A DNA stretch of 64,000 nt from Thermodesulfobacteriota bacterium (GTDB lineage: Bacteria; Desulfobacterota_D; UBA1144; Nemesobacterales; Mycalebacteriaceae), in contig OZ245366.1 in the NCBI GenBank assembly GCA_965226585.1, positions 64,001 through 128,000 on the forward strand, given 5' to 3'. A program made the translations under genes and the position numbers. The notes under the pieces are model-generated. The model did not search any database and was not told where the DNA came from. It saw only the letters and a program-made list of their open reading frames with translations. Positions within the stretch are counted from its first letter, which is position 1, and every line of letters begins with the position of its first letter. Shown piece by piece: positions 26,616-36,570 of the stretch.

Positions 26616-29018
26616 ATGCCTTTGATTGAAGTAACCCTTCCCGGACTTGTTGAAGACAGCTTTCACTACTCCGTTCCGGAGGGGTTGAAAGACGGCGCGA
26701 AAATTGGAAAACGAGTTCTGGCTCCGCTGGGAAACCGGCGTACTATCGGGTTTGTAACAAAACTCTCACCAAAACCGCCCGAAGGCATCAAACTGCGCGA
26801 CATCATTGATGTGATTGACGACGAACCGCTTTTTGACGAAAAACGGCTGGAGTTTTTCAAATGGATAGCGGACTACTACATCTGCCCTCTGGGAGCCGTT
26901 CTGAAAGCCGCACACCCTTCCGGGCTCGGCAGTATGAGAGTGAAAAGAAAAGCGTCTCTCACCGACAACGGCAAAGACGCGCTTGAAAAAGGCGCGTTTA
27001 CACAAAGAGAAGAAACGGTGCTTCGCGCCCTCTCAACGGGAAATATGTCGCTTGAAAACCTTTTTGAGATTGCCCCGGGCGGCAACTTCGCGAAGGTCTA
27101 TTCGCTTGAAAGGAAAGGTCTCGTGGAAATTGAATACGAAGTCAAGCGCGGGGCGAAAATCCGCTACGAAACCCTCTACTCCGCAACCGCCGGAGCAAGC
27201 GCGCGAAGCGAAATATCAAACATGCCCGCAAAACGCGCCGTGGCGGAGTTTCTTGAGGAATACGGAAAAACATCGACTGAAAAAATAAAAAGCGTTCTGG
27301 GAAACTCATGCGCGCCGCATCTGAAATGGCTTGAGAAAAAGGAAATCATCACCGCAGAAAAAAAGGAAGTGGTTAGAGACCCGTTCGCAAATATCAAGGC
27401 AGACGGCAAACCGCCGCCCAAAATGACCGCCGAACAGAAAAAAGCGTTTTCAGAAATAAAAAAATCACTCGGCGAAAAAACCCCGCAACCCTTCCTGCTT
27501 CATGGCGTTACGGGAAGCGGCAAGACTGAGGTTTATTTGAAAACCATCGCTGAAGCGGGCGGACAGGCTCTTGTTATGGTGCCGGAAATCTCGCTCACTC
27601 CGCAACTGGTTCAAAGGTTCAGAAGCAGATTCGGAGACGCGGTTACGGTTATGCACAGCCTCCTCAGCGAGGGGGAAAGGTTTGACTCGTGGCGCAGAGT
27701 CAAAAGCGGCGAGGCAAAAATAGTTATCGGGGCGCGCTCGGCAATCTTCGCGCCGTTTTCAAACCTGCGCCTGATTGTTGTGGATGAGGAACACGAAAGA
27801 AGTTACAAACAGGAAGACAAACAGCCGTGCTATAACGGGCGCGACCTTGCGGTTGTGCTCGGACAAATGTGCGGATGCGCGGTTATTCTCGGCTCCGCCA
27901 CGCCATCTGTTGAGACATACCGGAACACGATAACGGGCAAATTCCGCTATATCTCAATGCCGCTGAGGATTGAAGGAAGCGCGCTTCCCGGCATTGAGAT
28001 TGTGAAGCAGGAAAAAACCGTTTTCTCGCGTCCCCTCAAACAGGCGCTGATTGAAAACAGCAAAAACGGCGGACAGGCAATTCTGTTTCTGAACAGAAGG
28101 GGCTTTTCCACCGCGCTTATCTGCGGCGGTTGCGGGGAACTGCTTTCGTGCCCGAACTGCAGTATATCGCTCACCTATCACAAAAAGGGCGATGTGGTGA
28201 AGTGCCACTACTGCGGACTGGATGAGAAGTTTGACGATACCTGCGGAAAATGCGGCGGGAAATTCAGACGGGCGGGCATGGGAACGCAGACGATTGAAGA
28301 TGAGGCGAAAAAAATTCTTCCCGAAGCGACTGTAGAGAGAATGGACAGCGACTCTGCAGGCGGAAAAACAAAACTGCTTGAACTCTACGGGAAACTTGAG
28401 AAGGGAAAGATAGATGTACTTGTGGGAACACAGATGGTTGCCAAAGGGCACGACCTTCCGGGAGTTACGCTTGTGGGAGTAATCGCGGCGGACACGTCTC
28501 TCGGTATGCCTGATTTTCGCGGCGGGGAGATAACTTTTCAGACTCTCACACAGGTATCGGGAAGAGCCGGAAGGGCATCGGCACCGGGAAAAGCGCTGAT
28601 ACAGACCTCAATGCCCGACCATCCGGCAATCAGGTACGCGGTTGCTCAAGACGCGGTCGCCTTTCTTAAAAGCGAGATTGAGTTCAGAAAAAACAGCAAA
28701 TGGCCTCCCTTTTGGCGGGTTTCCGCGCTCAGGTTTTCGGGCACGGATGAAAAACTTACGGGCGCGGCGGCGGAGCGCATACACGCGCTTGCGGTCAAAT
28801 CCTCGGCAGAGTTGAAATCCGGCGGCGTGGAAATAGTGGGCTGTTCCCCGTGCCCGGTTTACAGAATAAAAAACCGCTTCAGATGGCATATAATTATGCG
28901 GTCTGAAAGCCCCAAACTTCTGGGCGTTTTCACAAAGGCGTTAAAAGATGAGGCGGAAAGAACGGCTCCCCCGAAAACCCGCATCATTGCCGACATAGAC
29001 CCGATGAGTTTTCTTTGA
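26616..29018 (+). CDS. priA: Primosomal protein N' (replication restart helicase)
   Basis: LHGVTGSGKTEVY, VPEISLTPQ, VDEEHE, SATPS, FLNRRG, four CxxC zinc motifs, GTQMVAKG, QVSGRAGR. Confidence 0.97.
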   Translation: MPLIEVTLPGLVEDSFHYSVPEGLKDGAKIGKRVLAPLGNRRTIGFVTKLSPKPPEGIKLRDIIDVIDDEPLFDEKRLEFFKWIADYYICPLGAVLKAAHPSGLGSMRVKRKASLTDNGKDALEKGAFTQREETVLRALSTGNMSLENLFEIAPGGNFAKVYSLERKGLVEIEYEVKRGAKIRYETLYSATAGASARSEISNMPAKRAVAEFLEEYGKTSTEKIKSVLGNSCAPHLKWLEKKEIITAEKKEVVRDPFANIKADGKPPPKMTAEQKKAFSEIKKSLGEKTPQPFLLHGVTGSGKTEVYLKTIAEAGGQALVMVPEISLTPQLVQRFRSRFGDAVTVMHSLLSEGERFDSWRRVKSGEAKIVIGARSAIFAPFSNLRLIVVDEEHERSYKQEDKQPCYNGRDLAVVLGQMCGCAVILGSATPSVETYRNTITGKFRYISMPLRIEGSALPGIEIVKQEKTVFSRPLKQALIENSKNGGQAILFLNRRGFSTALICGGCGELLSCPNCSISLTYHKKGDVVKCHYCGLDEKFDDTCGKCGGKFRRAGMGTQTIEDEAKKILPEATVERMDSDSAGGKTKLLELYGKLEKGKIDVLVGTQMVAKGHDLPGVTLVGVIAADTSLGMPDFRGGEITFQTLTQVSGRAGRASAPGKALIQTSMPDHPAIRYAVAQDAVAFLKSEIEFRKNSKWPPFWRVSALRFSGTDEKLTGAAAERIHALAVKSSAELKSGGVEIVGCSPCPVYRIKNRFRWHIIMRSESPKLLGVFTKALKDEAERTAPPKTRIIADIDPMSFL

Positions 29019-29037
29019 GGCGGCGGAAACTGCCCTT

Positions 29038-31821
29038 ATGACCGGAAACGGAATAAAAACAAAACTTGCTCCCGACCCTGAGTTTGCGGAACTCACGCTT
29101 GAAAGGTTTGAGAAAGCGCGGAAAAAAGCGTCTGACAAGGAAAAACGGACGATTTTTGAGATAGCGTCGCACAGCCGCTTCCTCGCCCGGGCGGCGGTGA
29201 GAGACCCCGCCCTCGCTTTATTCGCGCTGTCAAACAAAGCGAAAACCAAATCCGAGATGGGAAAAACGCTGTCATCTCTGAGTCGCGCGGCGGAGGATAC
29301 GGACGATTTTTTTAATGAAGTCAGGCGTTTCAAATACCGGCGGCTCGCGCAGATAGTGCACGAAGACATAAACGGAGACGATTTTACGGCAACAATGGCG
29401 GAGCTGTCAGACCTTGCGGAGGCAGTTATAGAGGCTTCCGTGGCGAGGATATCCGCGGAAACCGGCGCAGACGGCGCGGGGAAATTCTGCGTTCTGGGAA
29501 TGGGAAAACTCGCCGGAAGGCAACTCAACCTCAGTTCCGATGTTGACCTTATCTACGTTTACGAAGACAAGGGAGACGCACAGCCGTTTGTCAGACTTGC
29601 GCAAGACCTCACCGCGAGAATAGGCGGAAACACGGAGAACGGATTTCTCTACAGAGTTGACCTCGGACTGCGCCCCGGCGGAATGAAGGGGACAATTGCG
29701 ACTCACACCGAAGGGGTTCTTGAACACTACTTCTACAGGGGCGAAACATGGGAAAGAATCGCGCTGATGAAGGCGCGTCCGGTGGGCGGCGACAAGCGGC
29801 TCGGCAGGGAACTGCTTGCCAAACTGGAGCCGTTTATCTACGAACGTAGCAACGATTACAGCCTGATTGAAGACATGGCGGAGATGAAAAAGAAACTGTA
29901 CGGAATCCGCAAAGAGCGAGACGTTAAACTGGGCGCGGGGGGCATAAGAGAGATTGAGTTTTTCACCCAGACGCTTCAGATACTGAGCGGCGCGAGCAAA
30001 AATCTTAGAGACCCGAACACTTTGAGCGCACTGAAAAAACTGCTTCGCAGAAAAACCATACCGCCCGAAATCGCGGATGTTCTGGAGAAAAATTACATAT
30101 TTTTGAGAAAGGTTGAGCACAACATACAACTGGAAGAGGAGGCGCAGACCCATTCGGTTCCGGCTCCGTCTGAAAAACTTTCGCGCCTTGCCGCGCGCAC
30201 AGGTTTTGAGAGCGCGGAGGAGTTCAGCGAAAAACTTGAAGCGGTGATGAAAGAAACCGAAACCGTCTGCGGGGAACTTTTCAAAAGCCCTGAGAAAGAA
30301 ACCGAACCGAAACCCGCCGGACGCTGGGAGAAAGAAAGTGTGAAAATTACCGAGTTTCTCACAAGCGGCGATGTGGACAGAAAAACCGCGCTCCGCAGTC
30401 TTGAGTCTCTGGGCTTCAAAAACCCGGCAGACGCGCTTGAAATTATCGCAGACCTTGAATCCCCCGATGCCGGCGGAGGCGACCTTCGCGCGCGCGGACT
30501 TGTGAGAAAACTTATGGGAGTTCTTTTCAAACAGGCGTTCAAGGGCTCAAACGCAGACCTCGCGCTGATGAACCTCCAGCGCCTGATGACTCACCAGGAA
30601 TGGAAGATGTCCATCTATCCGCTCATCACCGCCGCTCCCGACACTCTGGAAATTTTCATAAAAATTATCGGCTGTGAAAGCCCCGTGAGTTCGTTTCTCG
30701 CGCACAACCCCTACTACATAAACTCGGTCGCTCTCAAAAGTTCGGGCAAACTCGGCGACAAGGATGAGATAGTCCGGTCGCTGTCAAAAAGCATGGCGCA
30801 ACAGCGCGACTACGAACAGAAACTGGAAACCCTGCGTCACTTCAAACACATTGAAACGCTAAAACTGTATGTCGCGGAGTTTGAGAAAAAGACCGATTTT
30901 CTCCGCACGGGCGGATACCTTTCCCTGCTCGCCTGCATTGTGCTTGAATCCGCCCTTGAGATGGCGCGGCGGCTTACGGGCGGCGTTTCAACCGCAAAAA
31001 CCTGCGTTCTGGGAATGGGGAAACTTGGCGGCGGAGAGCTGGGTTACTCTTCGGATCTGGACATCATCGTGATACACGAAGGCGATGAAACCGACAAATA
31101 CGTGCGACTCGCGCAAAAACTTATCGGCCTTGTTTCCGTACCCGACCGCTACGGGCATTTCTACGAAATAGACACGGCTTTGAGGCCGTCGGGCAATTCC
31201 GGCACGCTTGTAACGTCTTTTGAATCTTTCAAAAAATACAACGAAAACCCGGGCGGCGCGCGCCTGTGGGAGAGGCAGGCGCTTATAAAGGCATCTCACT
31301 GCGCGGGCGGGAAAAAACTGGGCGCAAAGGTTATGCGGGAGGTTGAAAGGTACGTGTATGAGATGCCGCTTGAGAAAAACTTTCACCGCGAGATAGATCA
31401 CCTGCGCAAACGGATGGAAAACGAACTCGCGCGGGAGGACGAAAACAACTTTGATTTGAAAAAAGGCATGGGCGGAATGGTGGATGTGGAGTTTCTTGTT
31501 CAGGCGCTTCAGTTGAAGCACGGCGGGGAAAAAAGCGGACTGAGAACCCCAAACACCGTTAAAGCCCTTGACCGTCTCACCGTTGAGGGGGTTATTGGAA
31601 AAAGGGAAAGTAAAACCCTGCGGGACGGTTATATTTTCCTCGGAACCCTCGCCGACTTGCAGGGAATTTTTAAGAAAGACAACGCAAGCAGGGTCAGCGC
31701 GCGCGATTTTGAAAGACTTTCAGGCGAATTCGAGCGCGTGTCCGGCGGAAAGAAATTGCGCGCAAAATACGTTTCGACAACCCGGGCGGTGCGTGAAATC
31801 TACGAAGGATTTTTTAATTGA
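29038..31821 (+). CDS. glnE: Bifunctional glutamine synthetase adenylyltransferase/adenylyl-removing enzyme
   Basis: Two nucleotidyltransferase domains: GMGKLAGRQLNLSSDVDL...RVDLGLRP...WER and GMGKLGGGELGYSSDLD...IDTALRP...WERQAL. Confidence 0.94.
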   Translation: MTGNGIKTKLAPDPEFAELTLERFEKARKKASDKEKRTIFEIASHSRFLARAAVRDPALALFALSNKAKTKSEMGKTLSSLSRAAEDTDDFFNEVRRFKYRRLAQIVHEDINGDDFTATMAELSDLAEAVIEASVARISAETGADGAGKFCVLGMGKLAGRQLNLSSDVDLIYVYEDKGDAQPFVRLAQDLTARIGGNTENGFLYRVDLGLRPGGMKGTIATHTEGVLEHYFYRGETWERIALMKARPVGGDKRLGRELLAKLEPFIYERSNDYSLIEDMAEMKKKLYGIRKERDVKLGAGGIREIEFFTQTLQILSGASKNLRDPNTLSALKKLLRRKTIPPEIADVLEKNYIFLRKVEHNIQLEEEAQTHSVPAPSEKLSRLAARTGFESAEEFSEKLEAVMKETETVCGELFKSPEKETEPKPAGRWEKESVKITEFLTSGDVDRKTALRSLESLGFKNPADALEIIADLESPDAGGGDLRARGLVRKLMGVLFKQAFKGSNADLALMNLQRLMTHQEWKMSIYPLITAAPDTLEIFIKIIGCESPVSSFLAHNPYYINSVALKSSGKLGDKDEIVRSLSKSMAQQRDYEQKLETLRHFKHIETLKLYVAEFEKKTDFLRTGGYLSLLACIVLESALEMARRLTGGVSTAKTCVLGMGKLGGGELGYSSDLDIIVIHEGDETDKYVRLAQKLIGLVSVPDRYGHFYEIDTALRPSGNSGTLVTSFESFKKYNENPGGARLWERQALIKASHCAGGKKLGAKVMREVERYVYEMPLEKNFHREIDHLRKRMENELAREDENNFDLKKGMGGMVDVEFLVQALQLKHGGEKSGLRTPNTVKALDRLTVEGVIGKRESKTLRDGYIFLGTLADLQGIFKKDNASRVSARDFERLSGEFERVSGGKKLRAKYVSTTRAVREIYEGFFN

Positions 31822-33233
31822 GCCCCGAACACGGCAAAAAAAGATGCGTTATTCTGCTCGCGGACGGCTCGCGCAGTGATGTTTTTGAGTATCTGCTGGA
31901 ACGCGGAAAGTTGAAAAATATATCCCGCCACATAGTTGAACCGGGCGCGTTTATTACCGCCGCTTCGGTTTTCCCCTCCACAACGGGACCCGCCTACACT
32001 CCGTACCTGACGGGAAACTTTCCCGGAAAATGCGGAGTGCCCGGAATCCGCTGGCTTGACCGCGACCTGTGGGACAAACCTTTCACCTTCAGGCGCATGA
32101 GAAGTTACGTGAGTTACGAGGCAATGTTTCTCAACAACGACATGACCACCCATCCGCCTCTGCTGTTTGAACTGATACCCTCGAGCGTGAGCGTGTTCAA
32201 CGAGATGAACAGAGGACTGCTTCCCGGAAACAACCTGACGAAATCATCATCGGCGTTCTGGAAACTCAAGAGCCATTTTTTCAAAAACGGCTCGTCAATC
32301 GATAGAGCGGCGGCGGATAAATTGCTTGACCGTCTGGACAGCTCCGTGGAAGACCTTCCGCTTTTCTGTTTCGCCGTGTTTATGGAGATAGACTCGCTTT
32401 CGCACAAACTGCACCCTTTCCACAAAAAAGTTGTGGACGCCTACATAAAACTTGACGGCATAGTGGGCGAAGTGGTGGAGAGGCTTGAAAAAAAAGGCGT
32501 TCTTGACAACACGCTGTTTCTGATTGTGAGCGACCACGGAATGACGGCGACACACACGCATCTCGACCTCTCGGCAATCCTTAAGGATAAAGGTTTCAAA
32601 CTGCTTGAGTACCCGAACATATTCCGCAATTTTTTCGGAGCGGACTGCTCCGTGATGGTTTCGGGCAACTCAATGGCGCACATATATTTCAGAAACGCCT
32701 GCGGAGAGACGAAAAAAAGCGTGGCGAACTGCCTCGCCTCCAGACGGGAGATAGACATCGTGATGAGAAAGGAAACCTGCGGGTGGATTTCCATAACGAG
32801 TTCAAGGGGAAGCGGGCGCGTAAAAGTGCGGGGAGACAAAATTTTCTACGAGACAGCGGAGGGAGACCCTTTCGGGTTTCCGCCGATGAAGAGCGAAATA
32901 TCGAAAGACGAACAACTCTCGCTTACTTTTGAAACCGGATACCCTGACGCCCTGCTTCAGGTGTGCCAGATATGTGAATCGTCACGCGCGGGCGACATCA
33001 TAGTGAGCGCGAAAGCGGGCTTTGATTTAAGGTCGCGTTTTGAGTTTCCCGAACACCGGGCGTCTCACGGCTCAATCTCCGGAAGCCACACCCGCGTTCC
33101 CGTTATGATGAACATTAAAATCGGCGGCGGAAAAGCCCGCACGGTTGACATCTACCCGACTGTTCTCGACCACATGGGAATTGAAACTCCGGAAAATATT
33201 GACGGCAAAAGCCTTCTCGCGCGGCGGGGCTAA
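31818..33233 (+). CDS. Alkaline-phosphatase superfamily (nucleotide pyrophosphatase/phosphodiesterase-like) protein
   Basis: LADG, FPSTTGP (Thr nucleophile), DSLSH, SDHG and SHG metal motifs; no signal peptide. Confidence 0.82.
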   Translation: MSPEHGKKRCVILLADGSRSDVFEYLLERGKLKNISRHIVEPGAFITAASVFPSTTGPAYTPYLTGNFPGKCGVPGIRWLDRDLWDKPFTFRRMRSYVSYEAMFLNNDMTTHPPLLFELIPSSVSVFNEMNRGLLPGNNLTKSSSAFWKLKSHFFKNGSSIDRAAADKLLDRLDSSVEDLPLFCFAVFMEIDSLSHKLHPFHKKVVDAYIKLDGIVGEVVERLEKKGVLDNTLFLIVSDHGMTATHTHLDLSAILKDKGFKLLEYPNIFRNFFGADCSVMVSGNSMAHIYFRNACGETKKSVANCLASRREIDIVMRKETCGWISITSSRGSGRVKVRGDKIFYETAEGDPFGFPPMKSEISKDEQLSLTFETGYPDALLQVCQICESSRAGDIIVSAKAGFDLRSRFEFPEHRASHGSISGSHTRVPVMMNIKIGGGKARTVDIYPTVLDHMGIETPENIDGKSLLARRG

Positions 33234-33733
33234 CCACCCAGAACCGCTTTCTCTATATCCTTCTCAACCGTCTCTTCGGACTTTGAAGTGGCAACCGCTA
33301 TCTCGCTTGAGATAAGGGAGAAAGCGTTTTCCATTATCTGCTTCTCGCCGAAAGAGAGGTCTTTTTTTCTGCTTATCCTGAGGATGTCGCGAAACACTTC
33401 GGCAACCTCAAATATGTCACCGTTTTTTATCTTCTCGGAGTACTCTTTGTGCCGTTTGTTCCATGCCTGTTTCTTGCCCGCCGGAGACGATTTTGTTTTC
33501 TGCGCGAGCAGTTCAAAAACCTTGCGGACGCGGTTTTTTGATACCACTTTTCTCATGCCGACACTGTTTGTGTTCTTCACGGGAACCATAACAGTTATGT
33601 CGTTCTTGAGGGTTTTGAGTATGTAGAAGGTGGTCTTTTTGCCCGCTATTTCCCTCTTTTCCACGGACTGAATCTTTGCGACTCCGTAGACGGGGTAGAT
33701 AACGTTATTGCCGGGCTTGAACTGTACTGCCAT
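33230..33733 (-). CDS. carD: CarD family RNA-polymerase-binding transcription factor
   Basis: F.PG..VIYP.YGVA.I, VMVPV, WNKR (conserved Trp) and LSFGEK. Confidence 0.92.
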   Translation of the reverse strand: MAVQFKPGNNVIYPVYGVAKIQSVEKREIAGKKTTFYILKTLKNDITVMVPVKNTNSVGMRKVVSKNRVRKVFELLAQKTKSSPAGKKQAWNKRHKEYSEKIKNGDIFEVAEVFRDILRISRKKDLSFGEKQIMENAFSLISSEIAVATSKSEETVEKDIEKAVLGG

Positions 33734-33862
33734 GGAAGGAGGAGCGAACGAAAGTTACCCATTTTAACCGCGCGAGGCGTGCCGGTCAAATAGTGCGGGC
33801 GGCAAAGTTTGTGATAAAATAGCGGGGCGCCGGGGGCTTTTCCCGCCTCAGGCGGCGGACAG

Positions 33863-35149
33863 ATGCCCGAAACAAAAATCATAAGAAACTACACGGAAAG
33901 GGGCGAAGACTCGCGCCTTCTTGATTCGTACCTGAAATCCGGCGGATACACCGCCCTGAAAACCGCGCTGGCAATGGAGCCTCAGGAGATTGTGGACAAG
34001 GTCAAAGAGTCGGGGCTTCGCGGACGCGGCGGCGCGGGTTTTCCAACCGGCTTGAAATGGGGGTTCATCCCGCATGACACGGAAAAACCCGTCTACCTGT
34101 GCTGTAACGCCGATGAGAGCGAACCGGGCAGCTTCAAAGACAGGGAGATTATAGAACGAGACCCTCATCAAATGCTTGAGGGAATGCTGATAGCGGCGCG
34201 CGCGGTGGGGGCGCGAAAGATGTACATATACATCAGGGGCGAGATGCCCTTCGGGGCGGGCGTGATTGAAAACGCCCTGAAGGAGGCGTATGCCGCCGGT
34301 TATCTGGGAGAAAATGTTATGGGCTCCGGCTTCAATGTGGACGCCGTTCTTTTCAGGGGGGCGGGCGCTTACATCTGCGGAGAGGAGACCGGAATGCTTG
34401 AATCCATTGAGGGAAAAAACGGCGAGCCGCGGCCGAAGCCGCCTTTTCCCGCGCAGTCGGGTCTGTTCGGCTGTCCCACGGTTGTGAACAACGTGGAAAC
34501 GCTCGCCTGCGTTCCGCACATAATAAACCGGGGGGCGCAGTGGTTTTCATCAATCGGCACGCCCAAAAACACGGGAACAAAGATATTCGGACTGAGCGGT
34601 TGCGTGAACCGCCCGGGGCTTTACGAACTTCCGCTCGGCATCTCTCTGCGCGAACTGATATACGAATACGGCGGCGGCATTGCCGGAGGAAAACAGCTTA
34701 AAGCCGTCTCCCCCGGCGGTTCGTCATCCGCCATTCTCTCAGCGGACGAGATAGACATTACGATGGATTTTGACACGCTCAACGGGATTGGCTCAATGCT
34801 TGGAACTGCGGGTGTTACGGTTATGGACGAAACGGTTTCAATGGTGAGCGCGGCGCGCAACCTCGCCCATTTCTACAGAGACGAATCGTGCGGTCAGTGC
34901 GTACAGTGCCGAGAGGGAACGTGGTGGCTTGAAAAGATGCTTTCAAGAATAGAGAGCGGAGCGGGCTCGGAGGAATATCCGGACATCATTCTTGACGCCT
35001 GCTCGCAGATGAGAGGCACAACCATTTGCGCTCTCGCAGACGGCTGCGCGATGCCGGTTGACTCCATAGTGCGCAAGTTCAGAAACGAGTTTGATGAAGC
35101 GATAGCGGGCGGCGGAGTAAAATCCGCGAGCATGGGAAAGTGGGAATAA
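33863..35149 (+). CDS. nuoF: NADH:quinone oxidoreductase subunit F (NADH/FMN-binding)
   Basis: SGLRGRGGAGFPTGLKW, NADESEPG, GAGAYICGEETG, NNVET, ESCGQCVQCREG and ICALAD. Confidence 0.95.
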   Translation: MPETKIIRNYTERGEDSRLLDSYLKSGGYTALKTALAMEPQEIVDKVKESGLRGRGGAGFPTGLKWGFIPHDTEKPVYLCCNADESEPGSFKDREIIERDPHQMLEGMLIAARAVGARKMYIYIRGEMPFGAGVIENALKEAYAAGYLGENVMGSGFNVDAVLFRGAGAYICGEETGMLESIEGKNGEPRPKPPFPAQSGLFGCPTVVNNVETLACVPHIINRGAQWFSSIGTPKNTGTKIFGLSGCVNRPGLYELPLGISLRELIYEYGGGIAGGKQLKAVSPGGSSSAILSADEIDITMDFDTLNGIGSMLGTAGVTVMDETVSMVSAARNLAHFYRDESCGQCVQCREGTWWLEKMLSRIESGAGSEEYPDIILDACSQMRGTTICALADGCAMPVDSIVRKFRNEFDEAIAGGGVKSASMGKWE

Positions 35150-35160
35150 TATCCGCTGTC

Positions 35161-35234
35161 TGGCTGGGGCGAGAGGATTCGAACCTCTACTGCCGGAGCC
35201 AAAGTCCGGTGTCCTGCCATTAGACGACGCCCCA
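35161..35234 (-). tRNA. tRNA-Gln (anticodon TTG)
   Basis: Acceptor stem TGGGGCG/CGCCCCA plus GCCA; anticodon arm CCGGA-CT TTG GC-TCCGG; GGTTCGAATCC T-arm; follows ispE. Confidence 0.96.
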
Positions 35235-35268
35235 GTGCGGGACTAAAATACACAAAACGGGCGGCGTC

Positions 35269-36144
35269 TTAAAGACCGGAGGCGAACTCGCCGCCGCCCT
35301 TGCCTTTCCATCCATTTATTCCGCGAGCGAGAAAACAGTCAAAATCCCCGGAATTGACGATATCAAAAACCGCGCGGGCGTTTGTCTCGTCTTCAAAGAC
35401 CGAGAAGAATGCCGAGCCGGAGCCCGTCATGCGGAATGCGGCTCCGGAGTCTGCCTCAAGGCGGCCGCAAAACCGCGCAAGGTCGGGATAGAGAGCGAAC
35501 GCCGGAGGCTCAAGGTCGTTTACCATCTCCAGCGGCGGGCTTATGTTCCACATCTTTTTCCCGCCCGCTCGCGCGGGGGAGGCGGCAAGTCCGTCCCATT
35601 TGCGGTAAACATCCGCCGTTTGAGACGGAAAACCCGGAAAGCAGACAACATAGAACAAAAGCGGAAACTGTTTCAGCGGCTCCGTTTTCTCTCCCGCCCC
35701 GGAAACTCTGCACGTTTCGCAGTCAATAAAAAGGGAAACGTCCGAACCTGTTTTGCGGGCGAGTTCGCGGAGCGCGCGCGATGAGAAAGCCCCCGTGGCG
35801 CGGTTGAGGCACACAAGAACGGCCGCCGCGTTTCCGCTTCCGCCGCCCAGCCCCGCGCCTGCGGGAATCTTTTTGTTGAGGAATATGCGCGCGCCCGCAC
35901 GAACGCCGGACTTTTCAAAAAACAGTTTCGCCGCTGTAAACGCGGTGTTTTCTTCAGGCGGACAGACGGGCGTATTGGTCTCAAGAGTAACGCCTGAGTC
36001 TCCGGTCATCTCTATCCGCACCTCGTCAAAGATATCTACGGGCTGAACAACCGACTCTATTTCGTGCATGCCGCCCGCAAGCGCGCACGTCACGCGGAGG
36101 TTGAGATTTATCTTTGCCGGAGACAGAATCGTGAACTCTTTCAT
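35269..36144 (-). CDS. ispE: 4-diphosphocytidyl-2-C-methyl-D-erythritol kinase
   Basis: SPAKINL, KKIPAGAGLGGGSGNAA, GSDV, NDLE and MTGSGS. Confidence 0.95.
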   Translation of the reverse strand: MKEFTILSPAKINLNLRVTCALAGGMHEIESVVQPVDIFDEVRIEMTGDSGVTLETNTPVCPPEENTAFTAAKLFFEKSGVRAGARIFLNKKIPAGAGLGGGSGNAAAVLVCLNRATGAFSSRALRELARKTGSDVSLFIDCETCRVSGAGEKTEPLKQFPLLFYVVCFPGFPSQTADVYRKWDGLAASPARAGGKKMWNISPPLEMVNDLEPPAFALYPDLARFCGRLEADSGAAFRMTGSGSAFFSVFEDETNARAVFDIVNSGDFDCFLARGINGWKGKGGGEFASGL

Positions 36145-36183
36145 ACGCCGTGTTATTATGTTTCCGCCACGCGGGCAAGTCCA

Positions 36184-36570
36184 ATGTTTTTCAAAATCCT
36201 CCCCGTTTTTGTGATAGTCCCGATAGTTGAGATAGCGATACTCATCAAACTGGGCGGGCTGATAGGGGGCTGGGAAACCGTTTACATAGTGATTTTGACC
36301 GCCGTGCTGGGAGCCGCTCTCGCGAAACAGCAGGGGCTTTCGGTCTTAACGTCAATCATGGAAGACATGAACGCGGGCAGAGCACCGTCCGCAAATCTGA
36401 TGGACGGGCTTATGATTCTCGTTGGAGCCGTGGTGCTTCTCACCCCCGGTCTTGTTACCGATTTCGCGGGTTTTCTTCTTCTCATCCCGCAGACGCGGCG
36501 GCGAATAAAATTTTTTGTTCAGAAAAGGGTTGAGAAAAGAATGAACATCATAGACATCAGCCCGGACTGA
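36184..36570 (+). CDS. fxsA: FxsA family membrane protein (start re-called at ATG 36184)
   Basis: PIVEIAILI, TAVLG...KQQG and LLTPGLVTD..G.LLLIP..R. Confidence 0.88.
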   Translation: MFFKILPVFVIVPIVEIAILIKLGGLIGGWETVYIVILTAVLGAALAKQQGLSVLTSIMEDMNAGRAPSANLMDGLMILVGAVVLLTPGLVTDFAGFLLLIPQTRRRIKFFVQKRVEKRMNIIDISPD

